Virus record (IMG/VR): IMGVR_UViG_3300014201_000023
Coordinates: 1 to 28,656 of that record
DNA length: 28,656 nucleotides
Reading direction: 5' to 3' (one strand)
Source: a virus
Taxonomy: Duplodnaviria > Caudoviricetes
Shown: piece after piece, positions 1 through 7,286 of the stretch
Numbering within the stretch: position 1 is the stretch's first letter
How the letters are laid out: each line of letters opens with the position of its first letter
Notes under the pieces: model-generated
Told to the model about the DNA's origin: nothing
Database searches by the model: none
What the model saw: the letters and a program-made list of their open reading frames with translations, nothing else
Position numbers and translations under genes: made by a program

Positions 1-112
1 CCACGGAGCTGACGCCTTCCGCTATCTCGCACAAGCCTATCGGCAGCAATCGGGCTCGCCCGCAGTCGGCTTGAAACTCCCGCCCCTCAACTGGAAATGG
101 AAAACCGCATGA
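1..112 (+). CDS. terL: Terminase large subunit, C-terminal fragment (gene begins before the window)
   Basis: Frame 2 reads HGADAFRYLAQAY...WKWKTA*. HxxDAxRY is the conserved end of the terminase nuclease domain. Lies upstream of the portal; TGA at 110-112. Confidence 0.85.
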   Translation, partial: HGADAFRYLAQAYRQQSGSPAVGLKLPPLNWKWKTA

Positions 113-252
113 AGCACACCGCTCTCGCCTTAGCTCTGCTCGCCCTTTGCGCCTGCGCGAAGCATCATGCCCCCACCATCCGCTGCGTCGATGCGACGAC
201 CGGCAAGCCCGCGACCGTGGGGTATCTCTACTGCTGGCAGGGAGAGCGATGA
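109..252 (+). CDS. Small predicted lipoprotein (47 aa), not in the ORF track
   Basis: MKHTALALALLALCACAKHHAPTIRCVDATTGKPATVGYLYCWQGER: basic N-terminus, hydrophobic core, lipobox-like LCAC. ATGA overlaps with both terL and the next gene. Confidence 0.75.
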   Translation: MKHTALALALLALCACAKHHAPTIRCVDATTGKPATVGYLYCWQGER

Positions 253-536
253 CCGCGGCCACCTTCACCGATGCGACCGCGCGCTTGAAAGCCGTTGCGG
301 TTCGCATCTACGACCGGAGCGAGGACCGGCGCCGCGCGCTGCTTGAGCTGGCCGAAGACCTCGAAGGCGAGCTGATCCCATTCTTGGATGCCCTCGGGCG
401 CATTGCGATCGGCACCAAGACCGTGCTCGCGCACGACTCCCTCACTCCCGCGCAGTTGCGCCAGGCGCTTAAGAGGTGCGTGGACATCGCCGAGGCGGCG
501 ATCGGCGGGCGCGTCGTGGCGGCGAATGACTCATGA
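249..536 (+). CDS. Hypothetical alpha-helical protein (95 aa)
   Basis: ATG at 249 after GGAG, coupled by ATGA overlaps on both sides. The tracked start at 147 is probably too long. Confidence 0.7.
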   Translation: MTAATFTDATARLKAVAVRIYDRSEDRRRALLELAEDLEGELIPFLDALGRIAIGTKTVLAHDSLTPAQLRQALKRCVDIAEAAIGGRVVAANDS

Positions 537-787
537 GCCGCGCTGCCACACTGCCGAAGGCCGAGCGCAGTCACTGCAATGATCGCAAGCTCAATCGGAC
601 CCTTCGCCAGCTCATGGCGCGTCTGATGCAAGTGCACCAGGAAACCCACCCGCGGCGCCTCGCGCAAAAGTTCGGCGTGAGCCGCGAGTACGTCTACAAA
701 GTTTGGACCGACATACCGGCCGATGAGCAAGCCGAGATCGAGCATGCCATCCAGGCGCTGCGGAAGGGCGTCACATCCTGCGAGTAG
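533..787 (+). CDS. Small helix-turn-helix DNA-binding protein
   Basis: HPRRLAQKFGVSREYVYKVW fits the HTH pattern LAxxFGVSxxxVxx. Confidence 0.7.
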   Translation: MSRAATLPKAERSHCNDRKLNRTLRQLMARLMQVHQETHPRRLAQKFGVSREYVYKVWTDIPADEQAEIEHAIQALRKGVTSCE

Positions 788-819
788 TCAACACGCTCGG
801 GCTGCGTTTTGCTTACCGT
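786..819 (+). promoter_or_regulatory. Putative phage late promoter, copy 1
   Basis: AGTCAACACGC (786-796), 17 nt, TACCGT (814-819). Intergenic, same geometry as copies at 7246 and 19541. Confidence 0.7.
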
Positions 820-858
820 CGTGGCGCATGGCGCGCCCCGCCCCAAGGAGTCACGAGC

Positions 859-1179
859 ATGGCGAACGGTTTTGGTAAGTCCCGTGTGCGCGCGCCCGAA
901 GAGGGCGCCAACAGCCGCAAAGTGCCTCGCGGAGGCGCCGAGAAGCGCCACGAGGGCGGATTCCGCGAAGGGGAGATGGGGCGCGGCCCCACCCCATACA
1001 AGAAATCCCACAGCCATCGCAATGGCGCCGGCATGGACCTGAACGAGTACGAGGGGACGGCCGGCCGCGGCGGCGGCGGCATCATCGGCAAGTCCGATAA
1101 CTTCAAGGCGCACTCCGAGGACATTGAGCACCCTCAAAGCCACGCGGATTTCGAGCGTCTGGGCCATAGCGAGGACTGA
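859..1179 (+). CDS. Gly/Arg/His-rich, probably disordered small protein
   Basis: AAGGAG SD upstream; TGATG coupling to next gene; C-terminal SHADFERLG motif shared with next ORF. Confidence 0.75.
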   Translation: MANGFGKSRVRAPEEGANSRKVPRGGAEKRHEGGFREGEMGRGPTPYKKSHSHRNGAGMDLNEYEGTAGRGGGGIIGKSDNFKAHSEDIEHPQSHADFERLGHSED

Positions 1180-1772
1180 TGGGCGTTCGGCTCACCTACA
1201 ACCGGCCGAAACACGGCATGGGCCCGAAGGGCCGCGCGAAAGAGCGAGCGCCCGTGAAGGCCGGTGCGCACATGCCCATGCGCCACAATTCAGGATTCGA
1301 TGACGCGCGCGGCTACGAGAGCCGTCCGAAGGTCAACTTGGGGCAGCGTCAGGCCGGACGAGCCCCCACGATGGCGATCGACCGGGAAGCCGGGCATTAC
1401 CACCCCCTCGACACGCGCGTCTCCAAGGGCGGCACACGCGGTTTAATGGGCGATGTGGCCGATGTCCACGCCATCAATTCCAAGCTCTCGCCCGCGGCCT
1501 TCACGCGCCGCGACGGGCGCCACACCGGCAAGGGCGCGCAGGGCGATCAGGGGCTCATCAAGGGCGGCAAAGAGAAGGGCAATTCCTTTGGCACCGCCCC
1601 CACCGCTCGCTCGAGCAAGCCCGGTGTGCGCGGGAGCCCGGATAGCCACTTGGGGACCGCGGGCCGCGGCGCGCCGGGCAAGCACGGCCGGGGCGATGCC
1701 TGGAAGGGCGCGCCCAAGCGTTTGAGCGAGGATATCTCACACTCTGACTTCGAATCACTGGGAGCTGATTGA
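1179..1772 (+). CDS. Highly basic Gly/Arg/Lys-rich protein (possible internal or DNA-binding virion protein)
   Basis: Coupled start, GAGGA SD, low-complexity basic composition, C-terminal SEDISHSDFESLG. Confidence 0.75.
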   Translation: MGVRLTYNRPKHGMGPKGRAKERAPVKAGAHMPMRHNSGFDDARGYESRPKVNLGQRQAGRAPTMAIDREAGHYHPLDTRVSKGGTRGLMGDVADVHAINSKLSPAAFTRRDGRHTGKGAQGDQGLIKGGKEKGNSFGTAPTARSSKPGVRGSPDSHLGTAGRGAPGKHGRGDAWKGAPKRLSEDISHSDFESLGAD

Positions 1773-1773
1773 C

Positions 1774-2460
1774 ATGAAGATCTGGATTCGATCCCTCATC
1801 ACCGCCGCGCTCGGCCTATGGGCGGCGCTCGCTCTGGCCGGCAATGCCCCCTACGGGGTGTTCGGCGGTGCGAGCACGTTCGCCAACCTGCCGGGCAATA
1901 TCTCGCTCACCTTCGCCTCGGCGCCCTCCGGCTCATCGACCGCCATTGCAACGGCTTGGACGGGCTCGACGGGCTCCTACCTCGTGGTGTTCTCCGATTG
2001 GGAGAGCCGTACCGTCACCTTGACCAATGCTGCGACCACCGCGACCTGGACCGGCGCGCTGGTGGGTACTCCGACGGTTGCCGCTACGATCGACGGATAC
2101 ACGGCAACGCCCCCGGCTCCGACCTTCGGCTTTACTTCGGATTTAGGCTACGTCTACTCGACGGGCACGGGCTGGTTCGGGACGACCGAGTATGTGGGCG
2201 CCCCGGTTTACATCTCCTCGGGTTGCGCGACCGTCTCGGCGACCAAGGGGACCGCCACGAATGGCCAGTTCTCCACCACCGCGACCACCTGCACGCCGGT
2301 CATTCAGCTGCCCCCAGCGCCTAACGGCTGGGCGTGTCTGGCCTTGGATGTCACGCACCCCGTCGTCTTTACCGAGACCGCGCAGAATACCTACAGCTGC
2401 ACCGTGACCGGCACCACGACATCGGGCGATGTCATCCAATTCTCGGCGACACCGTACTGA
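1774..2460 (+). CDS. Thr-rich beta-structured fibre-like protein with predicted Sec signal peptide
   Basis: MKIWIRSLITAALGLWAALALA-GNAP (n/h/c regions, ALA cleavage site). C-terminal PNGWACxAxDVT...GDVIQF domain resembles phage fibre tips; 4 Cys. Confidence 0.7.
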   Translation: MKIWIRSLITAALGLWAALALAGNAPYGVFGGASTFANLPGNISLTFASAPSGSSTAIATAWTGSTGSYLVVFSDWESRTVTLTNAATTATWTGALVGTPTVAATIDGYTATPPAPTFGFTSDLGYVYSTGTGWFGTTEYVGAPVYISSGCATVSATKGTATNGQFSTTATTCTPVIQLPPAPNGWACLALDVTHPVVFTETAQNTYSCTVTGTTTSGDVIQFSATPY

Positions 2461-2461
2461 G

Positions 2462-2647
2462 ATGCGTATGCGCGGCGGCGACGCCTTCACCGGGCGTACC
2501 GGGAACTCCTACGAGCCCGGAGGCGTGATCGAGGTTGAGCATCCCGACTTCTCGGACGCGCAGCGCGCGGGTTGGCATCTAGCGGAGGAGGAGCCGGCCG
2601 AGCTCGGCAACGCGCAAGTCGAGGGCGATGATGCCGTGGAGTCCTAA
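2462..2647 (+). CDS. Small protein (61 aa) resembling the N-terminal module of the 2815 spike
   Basis: ATG 1 nt after the previous stop. MRGGDAFTGRTGNSYEPGGVIEVEHPDFSDAQRAGW plus an acidic tail. Confidence 0.65.
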   Translation: MRMRGGDAFTGRTGNSYEPGGVIEVEHPDFSDAQRAGWHLAEEEPAELGNAQVEGDDAVES

Positions 2648-2810
2648 GCAGGCCTCGGCCAAGACCAAGAAGGCTGATAGCCCGAAGAAGAAGCGCCAAT
2701 GGGCTCACATCGCCGACAGCGCCTTGGCTCGAGGTGAGTCCGAGGGCACAGCCATCAAAGAAGCGAATGGCGTTTTAAAGCGCGAGCGCCGCGCCCAACG
2801 CTGGAGTTGA
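2631..2810 (+). CDS. ChaB-like small basic phage protein
   Basis: MPW...KKADSPKKKRQWAHIADSALARGESEGTAIKEAN matches the MP[WY]...W...AN/AD...G..EG.AI..AN pattern of ChaB-like proteins (recognised by eye). Confidence 0.6.
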   Translation: MPWSPKQASAKTKKADSPKKKRQWAHIADSALARGESEGTAIKEANGVLKRERRAQRWS

Positions 2811-2814
2811 TGCC

Positions 2815-4512
2815 ATGATCATGTCGCCGGGATCCACCTTTGTCGGGGCGAGCGGCACCTCCTACAACAGCCTCTCCGGCACGCAGAACATCGCGCCCCC
2901 GGATGTGCGCTTGGCGCTCATGAATGGCTGGCTCGAGGTCCTGGGGCTGCAAACCCCCTTAGGCCCCGCCTCCATCAATGTGCTCGCCCTGGTGAGCGGG
3001 TCATCGACCTCCGATGCCGTGATCACGAGCGGGCAGAACACCGTCACCTCCGCGAGTGCGAATTTCTCTCTGGCCGATGTCGGCAAGCTCATCGTCGTCA
3101 CGGACCCCGCCAATTTCGCGCACGTGTTCACCGGCACCATCAGCGGCGTGAGCAGTTCGACCACCGCAATCGTCAATGCCACCTCGAGCGCGACGATCGC
3201 CTCGGGCGGTCAGATGTATTGGGGTTTCGATAATTATGCAGCGCTGAGTGCCGGGCTCGCCGCCTCCACCGGCTTAGTCACGTTGGGCGCGGGGATTTTC
3301 ATGCTCTCGAAGGGCGTGATCGTGCCGGATGGCACGACGCTGCAAGGCGCGGATACCGCTTTCACCTCCTACAACAGCCTGATCACGACGGGGACGATCC
3401 TGGTCGCGGCGGGCGCGGCGTCTTACCCGACCTCCTACGTGGTGCAGGTCGGCGTCACGACCACGAAGTCAGGCAATCTGCGCGCGAGCTTGACGAATCT
3501 CACCGTCGAGGGGATGAACCTCGCGCAGTATGGCGTTTATCAGCACGGCGTCGGATCGGAGACCAATTTCTGCGCCATCCGCCGCGGAACCTCGGCGGCC
3601 ATGCGCGCGGACGCTACGATCGGCAAGATCGTGGGTTGTGCGATCAGCCAGCAGATTACGGGCTTTGCGCTTTATCTCGACGGCGTGCAGGATTTCATGG
3701 TCCTGTACAACTACATTCATGGCGCGGGCGGCTCGAATTCCTCAACCCCGACCGCCAATCTCTACGCCTCTGATGTGTTTAACGGCGATGTGCTGATTCA
3801 GGGTAATCATTTCTTCCAAGAGAGCCCCCTGAGCGCGAACACGCCGGCGCGCAACATTTGGATGAATTCCACCGCATCCCTGCTCGTCATGAACATTCAG
3901 AACAACATTTTTGATTGCACCTACGGGCACCAGATCTACATGGCGACCACTGCGAGCACCGTGTGTGAACAGATCAATATCCACAACAACCTTATTTTCG
4001 AGAACGATGCGAACTTCCCGAACGCGACCTTTGATTTTGTGAATGTGTCCAATTTGGGCGTGATATTGGGCTTGAGCATCAAGGACAACGCCGCGCAGAA
4101 TCTGGTCAACACTAATTCGCTCTCGAACATCTATAACCCCACCGGCGCGGGCACATTTGCTGCCGTGCAAGTGGCGAACAATGTCATGCTCTCCTGCAAC
4201 GCCGTGGCTCCGGCTGGGACCGTTGTTGATGGTGGTATGCAGGGGAACGTGCTTTATAATTCGAGCTCAACGCTGCTCTACAGCACCCAGCGCGGTCGCA
4301 GCACGCAAAACGGCAACGGTTCGACCACGGCGTTTAACATTGCGCACGGATTGTCCGATACGCCGCAAACGTGGAGTGTGACGCCGCGTGTCGCACTCGC
4401 GGCGCCCGCCTTTGTGGTCACGCCAACCCTGACGAATCTCGTGGTCACTTACGCAACGGCGCCGCCGACCGGCACAGGCAACGTTGACCTGCAATGGTTT
4501 GCGAGTCTGTGA
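2815..4512 (+). CDS. Right-handed beta-helix (pectin-lyase-fold) spike or fibre, putative depolymerase
   Basis: Cap motif DNYAAL...VTLGAGIF...TLQG, Asn-ladder rungs (IQGNHF, IQNNIF, IHNNLI, IKDN, VANN), C-terminal GNGSTTAFNIAHGL..TP domain; GGAG SD. Confidence 0.75.
   Translation: MIMSPGSTFVGASGTSYNSLSGTQNIAPPDVRLALMNGWLEVLGLQTPLGPASINVLALVSGSSTSDAVITSGQNTVTSASANFSLADVGKLIVVTDPANFAHVFTGTISGVSSSTTAIVNATSSATIASGGQMYWGFDNYAALSAGLAASTGLVTLGAGIFMLSKGVIVPDGTTLQGADTAFTSYNSLITTGTILVAAGAASYPTSYVVQVGVTTTKSGNLRASLTNLTVEGMNLAQYGVYQHGVGSETNFCAIRRGTSAAMRADATIGKIVGCAISQQITGFALYLDGVQDFMVLYNYIHGAGGSNSSTPTANLYASDVFNGDVLIQGNHFFQESPLSANTPARNIWMNSTASLLVMNIQNNIFDCTYGHQIYMATTASTVCEQINIHNNLIFENDANFPNATFDFVNVSNLGVILGLSIKDNAAQNLVNTNSLSNIYNPTGAGTFAAVQVANNVMLSCNAVAPAGTVVDGGMQGNVLYNSSSTLLYSTQRGRSTQNGNGSTTAFNIAHGLSDTPQTWSVTPRVALAAPAFVVTPTLTNLVVTYATAPPTGTGNVDLQWFASL
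2856..3380 (+). repeat. 18-nt exact direct repeat CACCTCCTACAACAGCCT (2856-2873 and 3363-3380)
   Basis: Read directly; 507 nt apart, both copies encode TSYNSL in frame. Confidence 0.85.
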
Positions 4513-4709
4513 GCCTCGCGCGACTTCTCGAGGAGGCCGTGCGCTTTCAGACGCGCTTTCTCTCGCGAATGGACCCCGAGATCCGCGAGGGGATCGAGAA
4601 GCGCTGGCAGGCGGTCGAGGATGAGGTCAAGCGCATGGCAGTCCCCGCGGTATCCTTGAGGCTCGAGGAGCAGCGCCGTGGCCCTGGACGCCCCGCAAAG
4701 CGCGCCTGA
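4509..4709 (+). CDS. Small protein with C-terminal RRGPGRP (AT-hook-like) motif
   Basis: GTGA overlap with the spike stop; coiled region then RRGPGRPAKRA; immediately before the portal. Confidence 0.65.
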   Translation: MSLARLLEEAVRFQTRFLSRMDPEIREGIEKRWQAVEDEVKRMAVPAVSLRLEEQRRGPGRPAKRA

Positions 4710-6933
4710 GACGACGAGCGGCCAGCAGCGGCCGGGCGAGACGATGGGCGAGGAGCAGCTGCTTGCCCTCATCCGCATGTACGAGCTCGCCTCGCTCGGC
4801 TCGCAAGTGGCGGCCGGCGCGACCATCTCGACAACCGTTTACCCATCCAATCAAGCGATGACGACGCTTGAGATCGATCGGTACAACGCGCTCAACATGT
4901 ATTTCGCTCGCCCTTTGGGAAATGAGGTCGAGAATCGCAGCCAAGTCGTGCTCCCCGAGCTTCGCGACACCATCGAGTGGATCATCCCGCAGCTGATGCG
5001 CATGTTCACGGGTGCGAAGACCGTGTGCCGGTTCGATGCCGAGAATGAAGGCGATGAGAAGCAGGCCGAGCTCGAAACGCTCATCGTCAATCACATCTTC
5101 ATGCAGGAGAACAACGGCTTTTTCATCCTGCAGGACTTCTTCAAAGACGCGATGCTGATGCGCAACGGCTACGCCATGGTCTATTGGCGAGAGGAGCGCA
5201 TCGTCACGATCGATCGCTATCGAGGGCTTCTCGACATAGAGCTCGCCTCCGTGCTCGAGGAGGAGGAAGGCGAGACGAAAGAAGTGATCGAGCAGGATGA
5301 GAAAACGGTGGAGATCGCGCTCCCGCTCGCGCAAGCAATGCCGGGTCAGCCGCAGCCGCCCGCAGCCCCGCCGATCAAGTTATCCACTTTCGACATCTCA
5401 GTGCGCACGACCAAGACCAAGAAGGGCATTTGCGTCGAGTGCTTGCCGCCCGAGGAGATGCGCGTGACACCTCGGGCGACGGGCAACATGGAGAATGTGG
5501 GCTTCGCCATGCACATGACCACCGAAGCGCGATCGGATTTGATCGCGCAGGGGTTCGATAAGGATAAGGTCAATTCCTGCCCCGCGGGACGGCCTAACTG
5601 GCTCGACATCGACGCCCTAGCGCGTAATCAGACGGTCGATCAACTTTCGATCGAAAATCCCTCCGATCACGCGATGGAAGAGATCGAAGTGCGCTTAGTG
5701 GTGATGCGCGTCGATTACGACGGGGACGGCATTGCGGAATTGCGTCGCATTCTGATCGCCTCGAACACGATCCTGGAGAACGAGATCATCGAGGAGACGC
5801 CCTTTGCTTCCTGCGTGCCCAAGCGCATGCCGCATCGGCACACGGGCGTCTCGCTCTACGATGAAATCGCGGACATTCAGATCATCAAGACGACGCTCTG
5901 GCGTCAGGGCCTCGACAACCTCTCGATCAGCAACAATCAGCGCGTCGCCATCGATTGGCGAAAGGCTAATGTCGATGATCTTCTGACCTCGCGCCCAGGC
6001 GGTGTGGTGCGCGGCGATGGCCCTCCCTCGCAGTGGATCGAGGCTATTCAGCAGCCCTCGAACTTGGTCGAGCAGGTGCTCCCGGCGCTCGGGTACTTGG
6101 ATGAGCAGAAGACCACGCGCACGGGCATCGGCAAAGGGACGATGGCGATTGATCCGGATGAGCTGCAAAACGTCACGAAGGGCGCGCAGTTGGCCGCCAT
6201 GAGCGCGGCGGCGTTGAAGGTCGAAATGCTCGCCCGGCTTCTCGCAGAGGGCGTCAAGGACATTTTCCGCAAGATCCATTCCGAGCTCATCCGCAATCAA
6301 GACAAGCCCATGCAGTTCGAGATCGCGGGCAAGTGGATGACGGTGGATCCATCGAAGTGGAAACGTCGCTCGAAACTCACCGTCAACGTGGGGTTGGGGA
6401 GCGGCAATCGGGAGGAAATGCGCACGAACGTGCAGATGCTTGCGCAGTTGCAGATTCCTCTGGGGCAACTGGGCATGGTCGGGCCGAAACAGGCCTATGA
6501 GACCTTCAAGCTCGGGTGCGAAGCGCTCGGATTCTCAACCCCGGAGCGCTTTGCGATGGACCCCGCAAGCGCCGAGTTCCAGCAGCACATGCAGCAGATG
6601 CAGGCCGCTCAGGCTCAAGCAGGCGCGCCCGCGATCCAGGTCGCGAAAATAAAGGCACAGAGCGCGCAGCAGATCGAGCAGATGCGTTTGCAGGGGGATC
6701 AAGCCAAGCTCGCCGCGGACCAGGCGAAAGATCAAGCCGAGATCGAGCACGCGGCGCTTTCCACGCATTCGGACCGGCAGATGGCGCAAGAAGGCAACCG
6801 GCACGAGATGGCGATGACGCTCGTCAAGGTCTTGGGCCAGATCATTGCGCAGGAGTTGAAGGGGCAGCGCGAGGATGCGGGGGCGGAACTCGATCGCGCG
6901 TTTGAGTCGGCGCGCGCACTGGAAGGGGAATGA
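4678..6933 (+). CDS. Portal protein (podovirus type, long C-terminal helical barrel)
   Basis: 751 aa. Motifs ENRSQVV..DTIEWIIPQLMRMF, FKDAML..NG, DYDGDGIAELRR, PF....P..PH...G.S, VNVGLG; Q/A-rich tail; GAGGAG SD; lies between terminase and scaffold. Confidence 0.92.
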   Translation: MALDAPQSAPETTSGQQRPGETMGEEQLLALIRMYELASLGSQVAAGATISTTVYPSNQAMTTLEIDRYNALNMYFARPLGNEVENRSQVVLPELRDTIEWIIPQLMRMFTGAKTVCRFDAENEGDEKQAELETLIVNHIFMQENNGFFILQDFFKDAMLMRNGYAMVYWREERIVTIDRYRGLLDIELASVLEEEEGETKEVIEQDEKTVEIALPLAQAMPGQPQPPAAPPIKLSTFDISVRTTKTKKGICVECLPPEEMRVTPRATGNMENVGFAMHMTTEARSDLIAQGFDKDKVNSCPAGRPNWLDIDALARNQTVDQLSIENPSDHAMEEIEVRLVVMRVDYDGDGIAELRRILIASNTILENEIIEETPFASCVPKRMPHRHTGVSLYDEIADIQIIKTTLWRQGLDNLSISNNQRVAIDWRKANVDDLLTSRPGGVVRGDGPPSQWIEAIQQPSNLVEQVLPALGYLDEQKTTRTGIGKGTMAIDPDELQNVTKGAQLAAMSAAALKVEMLARLLAEGVKDIFRKIHSELIRNQDKPMQFEIAGKWMTVDPSKWKRRSKLTVNVGLGSGNREEMRTNVQMLAQLQIPLGQLGMVGPKQAYETFKLGCEALGFSTPERFAMDPASAEFQQHMQQMQAAQAQAGAPAIQVAKIKAQSAQQIEQMRLQGDQAKLAADQAKDQAEIEHAALSTHSDRQMAQEGNRHEMAMTLVKVLGQIIAQELKGQREDAGAELDRAFESARALEGE

Positions 6934-7244
6934 GTCCGGAGGAGGAAATCATTCGCGCGGGCGAAGCGCGCCAGATCATCGAATCGAAGATGTTTCTCGG
7001 CGCCAAAGCCCATGTGCTCGATCAGCTCGCCCAGGCCCGGCGGGCGGTGCCCATGACTTCGACCGACATGCACAGCCGCTTGATCTTGGCCGAGCAGATT
7101 GCGGGGTACTTTTTCGACTATTTCGAGCAGATCGCCCAGACCGGCAAGCTCGCCGAGATGCAGTTGGAGGAGCGGCGCCGGCAGCAATCGCTGATGGAGC
7201 AGGGCGTCGCGATGTTCCGTCGATTCGGTCGCAACGCCCCCTAA
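6930..7244 (+). CDS. Conserved-type small helical protein following the portal
   Basis: ATGA coupling; A..I.ES..F....TGKLA pattern typical of this position in podoviruses. Confidence 0.75.
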   Translation: MSPEEEIIRAGEARQIIESKMFLGAKAHVLDQLAQARRAVPMTSTDMHSRLILAEQIAGYFFDYFEQIAQTGKLAEMQLEERRRQQSLMEQGVAMFRRFGRNAP

Positions 7245-7245
7245 A

Positions 7246-7279
7246 AGTCAACACGCTGGGTATGCCGTATCGCTAGGGT
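7246..7279 (+). promoter_or_regulatory. Putative phage late promoter, copy 2 (scaffold-capsid operon, probably leaderless)
   Basis: AGTCAACACGC (7246-7256), 17 nt, TAGGGT (7274-7279); scaffold ATG follows after 7 nt. Confidence 0.72.
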
Positions 7280-7286
7280 TTCCGGC

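Noticed and set aside
147-248. Tracked upstream starts for the 147, 9464, 17034, 19475, 22573, 24468, 26196, 26492, 27143 and 27337 ORFs
   Set aside because: They overlap upstream genes. Downstream starts with SD, stop-start coupling or an adjacent promoter fit better and expose the signal peptides.
786-791. The motif read on the minus strand contains TTGACT, a near-consensus -35 for antisense promoters
   Set aside because: At copy 1 the position 17 nt downstream on the minus strand reads CCCTTC, not a -10. The + strand TAnnGT spacing is conserved in all three intergenic copies.
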